DNA of 64,000 nucleotides. Origin: Candidatus Bathyarchaeota archaeon (GTDB lineage: Archaea; Thermoproteota; Bathyarchaeia; Bathyarchaeales; Bathycorpusculaceae). The notes under the pieces were generated by a model. The model was not told the DNA's origin. It searched no databases and saw nothing but the letters and a program-made list of their open reading frames with translations. Below, one piece after another: positions 29,401 through 37,402 of the stretch. Both the position numbers and the translations under genes were made by a program. Every line of letters starts with the position of its first letter. The stretch's first letter is position 1. The stretch is from positions 480,001 through 544,000 of the forward strand of contig CAVYES010000006.1 of assembly GCA_963767735.1 (NCBI GenBank). Reading direction: 5' to 3'.

Positions 29401-31155
29401 CTCACTACTAGCGCAGTTTCTACAGTGATTACGGTCCAGCTAGAAGACTCGAATGGAAACCCAGTCACTGCAGGAACCGGGGGCGTCACCGTTAACTTAG
29501 GTACAAGTACGACCACTGGAACTTTCTGGAGCAATGCAGGCGGAACCACGAAGATCACTTCGGTTACGATTCCAAGCGGCTCAAGTTCTGCAAGTTTCTA
29601 CTACAGTGATACGGCCGCTGGACAAGCAACTCTTACAGCTTCATCGGGAACATTGACACCGGCAACCACTACATTCACTATCAACGGCGACAAGCTAGTT
29701 TTCACCACGGGAGCAACCCAGAGCTTGGCACCTGGTGAAACTTCAACAGAGATACAAATTACGCAGGAAACCGCGACTGGAGGCGCAGATTACAATTTAT
29801 TTACTTCCACCACGATACAATTGACTTCGAGTTCTTCCACTGGCAAATTCGTTAACTCAGCCGGCACCCAAATATACTCAATCACCGTCGGAGACCTGTC
29901 AGATACTTCAGGCACGTTCTACTACCTCGATAGTTCACCTGGAACACCAACGCTCACAGGTTACGCAGGAGGCTTCACTTCGGCAACCACAGTCTTCACT
30001 ATTTACTCACCTACTCTCAATCACTTCACCGTAACTTCCTCAGGTTACACCCAGGAGACAGGCACAGCCTTCACTATAACAATAACAGCCATAGATCAGA
30101 ACGGCAATACCTACACGGGCTACACAGGCACCGCCGACACCAACACTTTGACCGCGTCTTCAGGAACCATCAGCCCAACAAGTACCACAAATGGGTTTAC
30201 AAATGGTGTCTGGACAGGTTCAGTGACACTTTCTACCGCTGGCAGCATCACTATATCTACTTCGGGCGGAGGAGCAACAGGTACAAGCAACACATTCACA
30301 GTTTACACGCCGACTCTCACTAGTTTCAGCTTCAGCACTATTAGCGGTACTAAGACTGCCGGGACAACTTTCAGCATAACCATTACGGCTAAAGATCAAG
30401 ACGGAAACACAATGACAAGCTATGCTGGTTCAGCCACTTTGACAGAGACCGGTAGCGGTGCAGGCGGAACGGTCAGTCCATCATCGGTTACCTTCACTAA
30501 CGGCGTATATACTGGAAGTGTTTACGTGACTAAGGCAGGTTCAGGCGTTACTATTACTGCGACATCTGGCACAGCGACTACTTCGAGCGGCGCGTTCACA
30601 GTGAACATGGGTGCTGTTGTCAAAGTCACGGTTTCTCCTGCTACAGACTCGGTCACAGCAGGGAGCCAAGTAACCTACACTGCAACTGGTACTGACACTT
30701 ATGGAAACACTGGGAGCATTACAGACTCAGTCACATGGAGCATAAGCTCTGGAGCCGGCGGCTCATGGAGCACCAACGTTTACACCTCTAATACCGCTGG
30801 TACTTGGACAGTTACAGCCAATGCAGGCGGTGGCGTTACAGGCACAGCAACTTTAACCGTTACTGCAGGCGCCCTATCTCAATTCGTCTTCAGCCACATT
30901 GGCACTCAAACTTCCGGTACAGCCTTTAGCGTCACAATAACCGCAGAAGATCAATACGGCAACACAGTAAGCTACTCAGGAACCCAAACATTGCACGTTA
31001 GTTCTGGATCTGCAACTTTAACTCCCACAACCGTAACTTTCACCAACGGCGTAGCAACACCCTCAGTCACTATTACAGTTTCATCATCGCGCAGTCTCGA
31101 TCTATACATTACCTACAACGGAAATCAAAACACAAGCAATACATTCACAGTTTAA
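26425..31155 (+). CDS. Giant (1576 aa) type IV pilin-domain adhesin with tandem Ig-like repeats
   Basis: KA|ISPIISVLLLIAIAV signal, pilin domain, two GY.FS.W repeats, many AG..F.VTITA.D.YGN Ig-like repeats; Thr/Ser/Gly-rich; no C-terminal anchor. Confidence 0.9.
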   Translation: MRKITKLRHSIKAISPIISVLLLIAIAVVASLVVYAWVMGYIGGGTTKAGYAINIQSLSSATGSLTIYVQNTGIGAVQLNPTSAVYVNNTLETITSVTPTGDLANGIITIPQGQTAALVVPWASSGPVTIKVVTTSGTFMTTTGTSTAGGIFYSVSFSASGGGGSSTISPSGTASYTGAVPITATAGAGYTFSGWSATGSIIFGDASSASTTATVNGAGTVTASFTQTDYQVSFSTSGGGSGSTTSPSTTGSYTMGEPVMITATAGNGYKFSSWTATGSITFASSSSASTTATVNGAGSITADFVSLAASIKISPTTSTIPAGNTQGYTATAYDINGNSLGDITSSTTWSITSGAAGSWSGSTYTSANTGAWTVTATYSGLTATAQLTVYGTLASFSFGPINTQNAGSAFQVSITAQDANGNPVTNFVGSATLTDLSGSISPATTGPFTNGVWTGQVTITKAITNDLITATDSTIAGQSSLFTVNTGGATSFVVSGFTSPVTAGAAGSVTVTAMDAYGNVVTGYAGTVAITSSDSQAVLPPNAVLTNGIGSFSVTLKTAGSQSITATDTVTSSITGSQTAITVNAVTTPTSFVVSGFTSPVTAGAAGSVTVTAMDAYGNVVTGYAGTVAITSSDSQAVLPPNAVLTNGIGSFSVTLKTAGSQSITATDTVTSSITGSQTGITVNSGALASFTISTISNPQTAGTAFPITITAYDQYGNVETGYSGAAISDLSGSLTSTGSFTTGVWTGTVTITKAMANDVITVTDASSGTNVQSGAFTVTPGALASFTISTISNPQTAGTAFSVTITAYDQYNNVATNYAGPAVLSDVSGSLNPTTATFTAGIYTGSVKITTANANDVITVKDSSTGVTASSNQFNVVAGSVDHFVFNTISQQTAGTAFTVTITAKDSSGNTVMTYTGSATFTDVSGSISLKSTGVFTNGVLQASVAITKAYTSDVITATDITTGANGQSNTFNVVAAPATQLVYTAGTTQSLTTSAVSTVITVQLEDSNGNPVTAGTGGVTVNLGTSTTTGTFWSNAGGTTKITSVTIPSGSSSASFYYSDTAAGQATLTASSGTLTPATTTFTINGDKLVFTTGATQSLAPGETSTEIQITQETATGGADYNLFTSTTIQLTSSSSTGKFVNSAGTQIYSITVGDLSDTSGTFYYLDSSPGTPTLTGYAGGFTSATTVFTIYSPTLNHFTVTSSGYTQETGTAFTITITAIDQNGNTYTGYTGTADTNTLTASSGTISPTSTTNGFTNGVWTGSVTLSTAGSITISTSGGGATGTSNTFTVYTPTLTSFSFSTISGTKTAGTTFSITITAKDQDGNTMTSYAGSATLTETGSGAGGTVSPSSVTFTNGVYTGSVYVTKAGSGVTITATSGTATTSSGAFTVNMGAVVKVTVSPATDSVTAGSQVTYTATGTDTYGNTGSITDSVTWSISSGAGGSWSTNVYTSNTAGTWTVTANAGGGVTGTATLTVTAGALSQFVFSHIGTQTSGTAFSVTITAEDQYGNTVSYSGTQTLHVSSGSATLTPTTVTFTNGVATPSVTITVSSSRSLDLYITYNGNQNTSNTFTV
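27892..28476 (+). repeat. Near-identical 300-bp-period intragenic tandem duplication
   Basis: 27892-28176 matches 28192-28476 with only a few substitutions. Confidence 0.95.
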
Positions 31156-32108
31156 CCACCCACAGACTACCAACTTCCCTAATATCCCTAATTTTTTATT
31201 TTTTTGTGTTTAGAAATCATTTATTTTAAACGGTTTATTTTCTGACAAATTTACTTAGATTCTCTGCTTGAGCCCTAGTCTTTTTTCTATGAAACCTGCA
31301 GAGTCGAGATCACTTATCGATATTCTAATGGGTTGTTTTTTGAGCTTCAAATTACGTAAAGTTGGCATAGAATCCTGATCCTATCACACTTTATAGAAAC
31401 TTCAACAACATGTGATTTAGTTTCGCAGTTTCGCACCTAAGAATGCCTGTGCATCGCTGAGGCTAAAACTAAAGCGACCGCTGACTCTAAGGCCATTGCT
31501 TAACTGGTTTAAGTTTGGCTGCTTTGCTTTTGACTACTTTTCGGCTGAAAAATAGCCAGATAAGCGAAGGTTAGCTGTTGCTTTCTTTCTGAGTGAATGC
31601 GTTAAGTTGAGGTGGACAGTCAAAAGTGTTTTGTAAAGAATTGAAGCACTATCTGATCAGGCTATTCAAAAAGAAAAAGTGATAGAAGCTTTATTGCCTG
31701 AAAATTAGTCCAGCAAAGTCGATCTGAAATTCTTAAGTCATCGGATAAAGAAACTATGATTCTTTCCCGAAGGTCTGCCTGACGTAGCCAAATGGAACAA
31801 TGCCCTTTGAGTTTTTAAAAAGGTCAGCTTAGTAATCACAACTGATGCTTCAATTAAAATGCCCTTGATTCCGGCCCCTTTTTGCTGATTGAATAAGGAC
31901 ATTGATTAATCGAACCAGGAGCGTCCACGTTATAGTTTCCAAAATTTAAAAATTCCAATCGAATAAACAAATTTACACGAAACTTTGTAGTGTTTAATCC
32001 TAAACAAACGACGTTGCGATTGGTTAGTTTGGTCAGTGCGAGAGCGGTTACTAGTTGCCCAGGGCGAAAGGAAAAATAGGTTAAAAACTTACCGAAGATG
32101 AGATAGGC

Positions 32109-32930
32109 TTACTGTATCCCTATGTTTAACTCTCCGCTGGTGAAGGCCGCACCATTGCCACCGTTAGATGTTTGAAGTTGCACAAGGGGTTCAAAAACAT
32201 TGTTAAATGAATAACTTCCCAAGTAATTTACAGTGTAATATTGGCCTGCCCCGCTGCCTATGAATTCTATGTATGCGTTGGTAACAACAACGTTAACAAC
32301 TCCGTCAACGCAATTTAGGTGACCTTGTGGTCCATTGCCTGCTCCCGTGTTTACCCAATAATAAAAGAACGTGCTGTTCACAAAGTTTACATTCCAAATC
32401 CACAGGTTAGAATTGACATCATTCAACGAGCTTTCAGCCATTATGCCTAGTTGATCTGGTTGAGCCCCAACCGACATAGTGTCCGTAAGAGTAACTGTGT
32501 AGCTGGCTGGAACACTTAAACTCCAGTAATCAATCTCGTTTCCTGTCGTCATTGTTGTGTAACCAACTGTGTGTGTGTCAGAAAATGGAGGCGGAGTCGG
32601 CGTTGGTACTGGCGTAGGAGTTGGTGCTGGTGTCGCTGTAGGTGTTGGAGTGGCAGTTGGTGCTGCGGTGGGTATTGCTGTGGGAGCAGAAGTTGGTGAT
32701 GGCGTGGGGTTTGCTACTTTTATGAGAGTTGGAGTCGGGGAGGGTGAAGGCGTAGGCGTGGCTGTAGGCATGGGCGTAGGATTCGGTGTTGCCAAAGACG
32801 ACGATGAATGTAACTTAATCGCTGCGACGGCTGCCACAACACCACTAATAACGATAATAACAACCAACGCAATAACAACCATTCTTGTAACGCCTGATTT
32901 CGACGAAACAACGCGCATCTTATTTCGCAA
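32109..32930 (-). CDS. Surface protein with class III-like signal peptide and Pro/Thr linker
   Basis: KSG|[13 protein letters not shown]; TPTP repeats; beta-rich C-terminal domain. Confidence 0.75.
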   Translation of the reverse strand: MRNKMRVVSSKSGVTRMVVIALVVIIVISGVVAAVAAIKLHSSSSLATPNPTPMPTATPTPSPSPTPTLIKVANPTPSPTSAPTAIPTAAPTATPTPTATPAPTPTPVPTPTPPPFSDTHTVGYTTMTTGNEIDYWSLSVPASYTVTLTDTMSVGAQPDQLGIMAESSLNDVNSNLWIWNVNFVNSTFFYYWVNTGAGNGPQGHLNCVDGVVNVVVTNAYIEFIGSGAGQYYTVNYLGSYSFNNVFEPLVQLQTSNGGNGAAFTSGELNIGIQ

Positions 32931-33063
32931 AATTTTTTTTCCCCTTTAAGTGTTTTTTGATCAGGAGAGAGTAATCGCTAAGTTCTTCTCTCCAGTTGAA
33001 GCTAGGTAAGTTTGAGATGTATATAAGAATCCATGGAGGATTGTTCCACAACCAAACAAGCGC
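32923..33063 (-). repeat. ~140-bp promoter/leader repeat, copy 2
   Basis: Reverse complement aligns to 26296-26432. Confidence 0.88.
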
Positions 33064-33261
33064 CGTGACCAACTGCACATAAGCTGACATATGGTGTGCA
33101 TTAACAATTAATTTTGAAGAAAGAAATGAGTTGCTGTTTTTCGATACGGGTTTATGGGGCCATATTACAGAATCAGATATAATGAGACAAATGAAACATG
33201 ACTTATAACACGAAACAGCTTAACTCAATTATAGAAAATAACTCTAGACGAGGAGATTAAA

Positions 33262-33597
33262 TTGACGTTAACTCTAATCGAAAATTATCCTAAAAGACGT
33301 GACAAACTCGTAATTATGGCGGAAATCGTAAGCATCGCAAAAAAAGGCACATCGAAAACCCACATAATGTTTAAAGCCAACCTCAGTTTCAGCCAACTCA
33401 ACCAATTCCTCACGCTGCTCTCGCAGACCAGTCTTCTCGAAAAATCAGCATGCGACGGCAGAGTAATCTATAGGGCCACACAAAAAGGCTTAGACTTTAT
33501 GGAGAGACAACAACAAATAATGGATCTGCTAAACGAAGATGTACGTGCCTACAGAAACGGTGTTAAAACTCCACTATTCTGCATTAACAATTTCTAA
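33262..33597 (+). CDS. Winged-helix transcriptional regulator (HTH_45-like)
   Basis: RRDKLVIMAEI...KTHIMFKANLSFSQL...YRATQKG. Confidence 0.85.
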   Translation: MTLTLIENYPKRRDKLVIMAEIVSIAKKGTSKTHIMFKANLSFSQLNQFLTLLSQTSLLEKSACDGRVIYRATQKGLDFMERQQQIMDLLNEDVRAYRNGVKTPLFCINNF

Positions 33598-33704
33598 AGA
33601 AGTTAACCTTTCCCTCACTAACCGCACAAAAAAATTTTCAAATTTCTAACTTGCGTTGCTGAGACGAAAAATTTTCGTTTTTTTGGTGAGGAAGAAATTC
33701 CATC

Positions 33705-33777
33705 GCGCGCTGGTTTGTCCCTAAAATGCTACGAGCAAAGTCAGAAGATTAGAAAAAGTTGCAGCGCACGCTTAAAC
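33705..33777 (+). mobile_element. Truncated copy of the mini-IS end
   Basis: GCGCGCTGGTTTGTCCCTAAAATGCTACGAGCAAAGTC matches the reverse complement of ~36985-37045. Confidence 0.75.
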
Positions 33778-33835
33778 ATAAAGTTAAAAATTCAGATATT
33801 CTTCTAGAAAGAGCGGTGCAATAGGCTGGTTAAGC

Positions 33836-34198
33836 ATGAAAAGATTCGAACCTAGGAGAACAGTTATCAAATGTGAGAAATGCGGCGGACGCATAAAAAG
33901 TGGAGAAGAAATTAAAATTGGAGGTATCAGGAAGAAATACTATCACCCTAAATGTTACGAACAAGTTGAAAAAGTCATAACAACCATGCACACGCCGCGC
34001 GATAATACCGGTGCTTCTGTTAAGAATCTGGTCAAGAGTAATCAAACGTTGACTTATTATTGTCCACATTGTGGGGCACCGCTGAAAATCGAGACAAACT
34101 CGCCTCAAATCCAAAAGTTCTGCAAACGCTGCAGAGGCGACTTGGGCGTCCTCGACATGGGCAAGCTAATGCGCGAATTGGACGGCAAAAGTAAGTGA
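33836..34198 (+). CDS. Double zinc-finger protein
   Basis: CEKC...HPKC and CPHC...CKRC. Confidence 0.7.
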   Translation: MKRFEPRRTVIKCEKCGGRIKSGEEIKIGGIRKKYYHPKCYEQVEKVITTMHTPRDNTGASVKNLVKSNQTLTYYCPHCGAPLKIETNSPQIQKFCKRCRGDLGVLDMGKLMRELDGKSK

Positions 34199-34301
34199 AA
34201 TTGTAGCCCGCGCACTCAAATCATTCTTTTTCTCAGTTGCTCAGTTTTTATGCAGACTAAGGCTTTAATGGAACAGCGAGCCGCGCTGCCTTGTCACGTA
34301 C

Positions 34302-34551
34302 GCGCGCTAAAATGACTCTTTGTGTTAACGGCAAACAAACAACATCCACATAGGATATTCTAGGATATTTTAGGATATTTTAATATACAACCTGCAAACG
34401 ATTTAGGTTTTGCTTCAAAAAAGCAACCCAAACCAGCCTGAACAGAAATGGCAACACCACTGTTGTTGTTCTATCAGACAAAGAAACAATAAAAGCAGTC
34501 ACCAACGCCAAAAAAACAACAAGTTAAACATCCCAAACTAGCGCGGCGCGC
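34302..34551. repeat. GCGCGC-bounded element with a 10-bp-period TAGGATATT array
   Basis: TAGGATATTC/T x3 at 34351-34380, then CAACCTGCAAAC; IS-end fragment GCGCTGCCTTGTC at 34283. Confidence 0.65.
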
Positions 34552-34555
34552 AATA

Positions 34556-34996
34556 TCAAGTTCTGTTCTTTTTTTGCTCAATTGCTTTCTTTGCTAAAAC
34601 AACAGCGTCTTCTCTTGTTTTGCCAAACAGTGCGCCGATTTTGTCTGCGTCTTCTTTAGTTACTGCTGCACCCCCAATCATGATTACAGTTTTGCCCTTT
34701 AGGCCTTCATGTTCAATAGCTGAAATTAGCTTTGGAAGATTCTCCTTAGCGGCTGTGAGCAAAACAGATACTACAATTATGTCGGCATTTACCTCTTTAG
34801 CTTTTGAAGCAAAAGTTTCTGGAGAGACCCCTTTCCCAACATCAACAGTTTTGAACTGCGCGAGTTTAAGAGATCTTCTAACCATGTCTTTAGCAGTGTC
34901 CATTACTTCAGGGTGAAGAGTGCCTATCACAACGGTTCCAATTGGATTGACTGGTTCAGGTGGTTCTTTCTCTCTCATAGCTTTAAGCCAAGACAT
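34556..34996 (-). CDS. Stand-alone cobalamin (B12)-binding domain protein lacking the His ligand
   Basis: VVIGTLHPEVMDTAKDMV (canonical DxHxxG absent), DVGKGVSPETF, IMIGGA. Confidence 0.8.
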   Translation of the reverse strand: MSWLKAMREKEPPEPVNPIGTVVIGTLHPEVMDTAKDMVRRSLKLAQFKTVDVGKGVSPETFASKAKEVNADIIVVSVLLTAAKENLPKLISAIEHEGLKGKTVIMIGGAAVTKEDADKIGALFGKTREDAVVLAKKAIEQKKNRT

Positions 34997-35116
34997 TTCA
35001 AAACTAACTCCTATTTCTTTACTAATTTATATTCAGAGACTCTCTTAATGTTGCTGTTAATTTGCGCGTAATCTGGCACAAAAATAATTGTTGATGAAAG
35101 CCTGTCTCTTGATAGC

Positions 35117-36799
35117 TCATACAACAACACCATTGACATAATCGAGAATTGCTTTTAAATCCTCGTCCGGGGTTTTTAGAGGCTTTATTTTTAGCCTTTC
35201 TATTATTTTTGGGGTCATGAATGCGGGAAGAGTAGGTCCTAAACGAATGTTTACACCTAAATAGAAAAGAGACAACAGAATGGCTACAGCCTTTTGCTCA
35301 TACCACGAAAGTATAAAAAACAACGGCAATTCACTCATCCGAACTTTGAATATTTCTTCAAAAGCTTGGGCTACCTTAACAGCTGAGTAGGCATCGTTGC
35401 ATTGTCCAATATCTAGCAATCTAGGGATGCCGTCGATCTGACCTATGTCCTTGTCGAAAAACCGAAATTTCCCACAAGCCAAAGTCAGTACAAGGGAGTC
35501 ATTAGGGCTCTTCTCAACGAACTCAGTGTAGTAATTGCGTCCTGGTTTGGCACCGTCGCAGCCAGCTACGAGGAAGAAAGAATTGATGTGTCCCTTCATT
35601 ACTGATTCAGTTATGTTTTCTACCAATGAAAGAAAAGATTTTCTGGCATAACCGACAGTCACTTTTTTGTCCGTTTTGTCTTGTGTGAATCCTGGCATTT
35701 CCAATGCTTTTTCTATGACAGGTGAGAAGTCGCCGCACCTAAGGTCAGAACACTCTAAGTGAGTTACCCCTGGCCAGCCTACAGGACCGGAAGTGAATAG
35801 GTTTCCTTTGTAGTTTTCTGCGGGCTTTTGAAGACAGTTCGTGGTCATCAGAATTGCTCCAGGAAAATTCGCGAATTCTTTTTGTTGATTTTGCCATGCA
35901 GTCCCATAGTGGCCGAAAAAGTGAGAATACTTCTTTAACTTGGGATAGCCATGTGATGGGAGCATCTCTCCGTGTGAGTAAACATAGATGCCTTTGCCTT
36001 GGCTTTGCTTTAGAATTTCGTCTAAATCTTTTAAGTCGTGACCTGACACCAGAATTGCCTTGCCTTTCCTATGGCCTAGCGGAACCTGCGTAGGAACTGG
36101 ATGACCGTAGGCTTCTGTGTTTCCACTGTCCAAGAGTTCCATAGCTCTTATGTTGATTTCTCCACATTTCAAAGCGAGATCAAAAAAGTCATCAACACCT
36201 AACGAGTTGTCCAGAGTTGCTGCGAGGCCTTGCTGAATGAACTCGAAGACTTTATCATCCTTTTTTCCAAGGCGATAAGCATGATAGGTGTAAGCTGCTA
36301 CTCCTTTTATCCCGTAAATGAGCAGCCAATGAAGCCCATGCAAGTCAGGGTCGTTTGAGGAATCAAGGTTAATTCCAACATCTTTTCCTTGTCTAATCAG
36401 GCCTTCTTCAGTCTTTTCAAGCAGCATATCGACTGGACCATGAAATTCGACATCTCCTCCGGCTGTTCGCACTTTTTCACGGAGAGCGTCACGAAGCCGC
36501 ACTGACTTGTTAATGTATTCGATTAGTGTGTTTGGGTCAAAGTTAACATTAGTTAATGTGGCGAAAGCCGACTCGCAAATGAACAGGTTTAACTGCTCAT
36601 CTTTAACCCCCATTTTTTGTCCTTCTAACGCTAACTGCGACAATCCTCTCAGCATGTAGATCAATAAATCTTGAAGCGCACTCACTTCGGGATTTTTCCC
36701 GCAAACACCAAAAGTTGTGCAGCCTTTCCCTTCAGCAGTTTGCTCGCATTGATAACAAAACATTTGACTTTTGTTCACCACATTACACCTATTATTCAA
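35117..36799 (-). CDS. hcp: Hybrid cluster protein (hydroxylamine reductase)
   Basis: MFCYQCEQT..CGK, SGHDL, HGEMLPSHGYP, GCDG, GQCNDAYS, SWYEQKA. Confidence 0.97.
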   Translation of the reverse strand: MNNRCNVVNKSQMFCYQCEQTAEGKGCTTFGVCGKNPEVSALQDLLIYMLRGLSQLALEGQKMGVKDEQLNLFICESAFATLTNVNFDPNTLIEYINKSVRLRDALREKVRTAGGDVEFHGPVDMLLEKTEEGLIRQGKDVGINLDSSNDPDLHGLHWLLIYGIKGVAAYTYHAYRLGKKDDKVFEFIQQGLAATLDNSLGVDDFFDLALKCGEINIRAMELLDSGNTEAYGHPVPTQVPLGHRKGKAILVSGHDLKDLDEILKQSQGKGIYVYSHGEMLPSHGYPKLKKYSHFFGHYGTAWQNQQKEFANFPGAILMTTNCLQKPAENYKGNLFTSGPVGWPGVTHLECSDLRCGDFSPVIEKALEMPGFTQDKTDKKVTVGYARKSFLSLVENITESVMKGHINSFFLVAGCDGAKPGRNYYTEFVEKSPNDSLVLTLACGKFRFFDKDIGQIDGIPRLLDIGQCNDAYSAVKVAQAFEEIFKVRMSELPLFFILSWYEQKAVAILLSLFYLGVNIRLGPTLPAFMTPKIIERLKIKPLKTPDEDLKAILDYVNGVVV

Positions 36800-36863
36800 T
36801 TAATCGCCCAACGTAAATATCTCTTCCCTCATTAGTAAGGGCTCCAACGGTTTGGACTGGGTA

Positions 36864-37045
36864 GCGCGCCGCCTTGTCCCGATATTATGTGTTGAAGAAA
36901 GTAGATGAGACTCTTTGTCGTGTCTGCCGATGTTTTCTGCGGCCTCTGTTCAGAACCAAGCACAATATGCTGTGCAAGGCGTAGCATGCAACGTTTTCTA
37001 AGCTTCGGACTTTGTTCGTGGCATTTTAGGGACAAACCAGCGCGC
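36864..37045 (-). mobile_element. 182-bp non-autonomous internal-deletion derivative of the 9225-10339 IS
   Basis: Both termini present (GCGCGCCGCCTTGTCCC / GGGACAAACCAGCGCGC) plus degraded transposase C-terminus (SILCLVLNR). Confidence 0.85.
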
Positions 37046-37242
37046 TGTTGACTTTTATTGACGTTTTTTGACTTTTCTTGACGTCTATTGACTTTTTTTG
37101 ACTTTTATTGACGCAACCTGCAAACAATTCAAACCCTAAACCAAAAAAACAACCCAAAACAAACAGAACAAAAATTTGCGACAAAATAACTGTATTCTGC
37201 ACAAACAATAACACACCAAAAATTAGAGACAGAGCAGCGCGC
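37040..37242. repeat. GCGCGC-bounded element with 7 x TTGAC at 10-bp period
   Basis: TTGAC at 37048, 58, 68, 78, 88, 98, 37108, then CAACCTGCAAAC as in 34302-34551. Confidence 0.75.
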
Positions 37243-37402
37243 TTAAACGCAGAACCTTGAAATTTAATGCTTTAGCCGTCGAGTTTGGGCTGAGCTTGGC
37301 GAGTTTAAAAAAGTTGGTTATTGGGAATTCATAAATCAATTATAGCGTCTGCATCAAAAAGATGGTTCACTTCAGGCTCCAGAAAGAAACGGTGAATGGC
37401 TT

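Noticed and set aside
32569-32949. Gly/Val-rich plus-strand ORF
   Set aside because: Antisense of the Pro/Thr linker of the minus-strand gene
34351-37112. Short tandem arrays as CRISPR
   Set aside because: 10-bp units without spacers; no cas genes
37026-37214. 62-aa minus-strand ORF
   Set aside because: Arises from the repeat element and A-rich tail; no coding evidence
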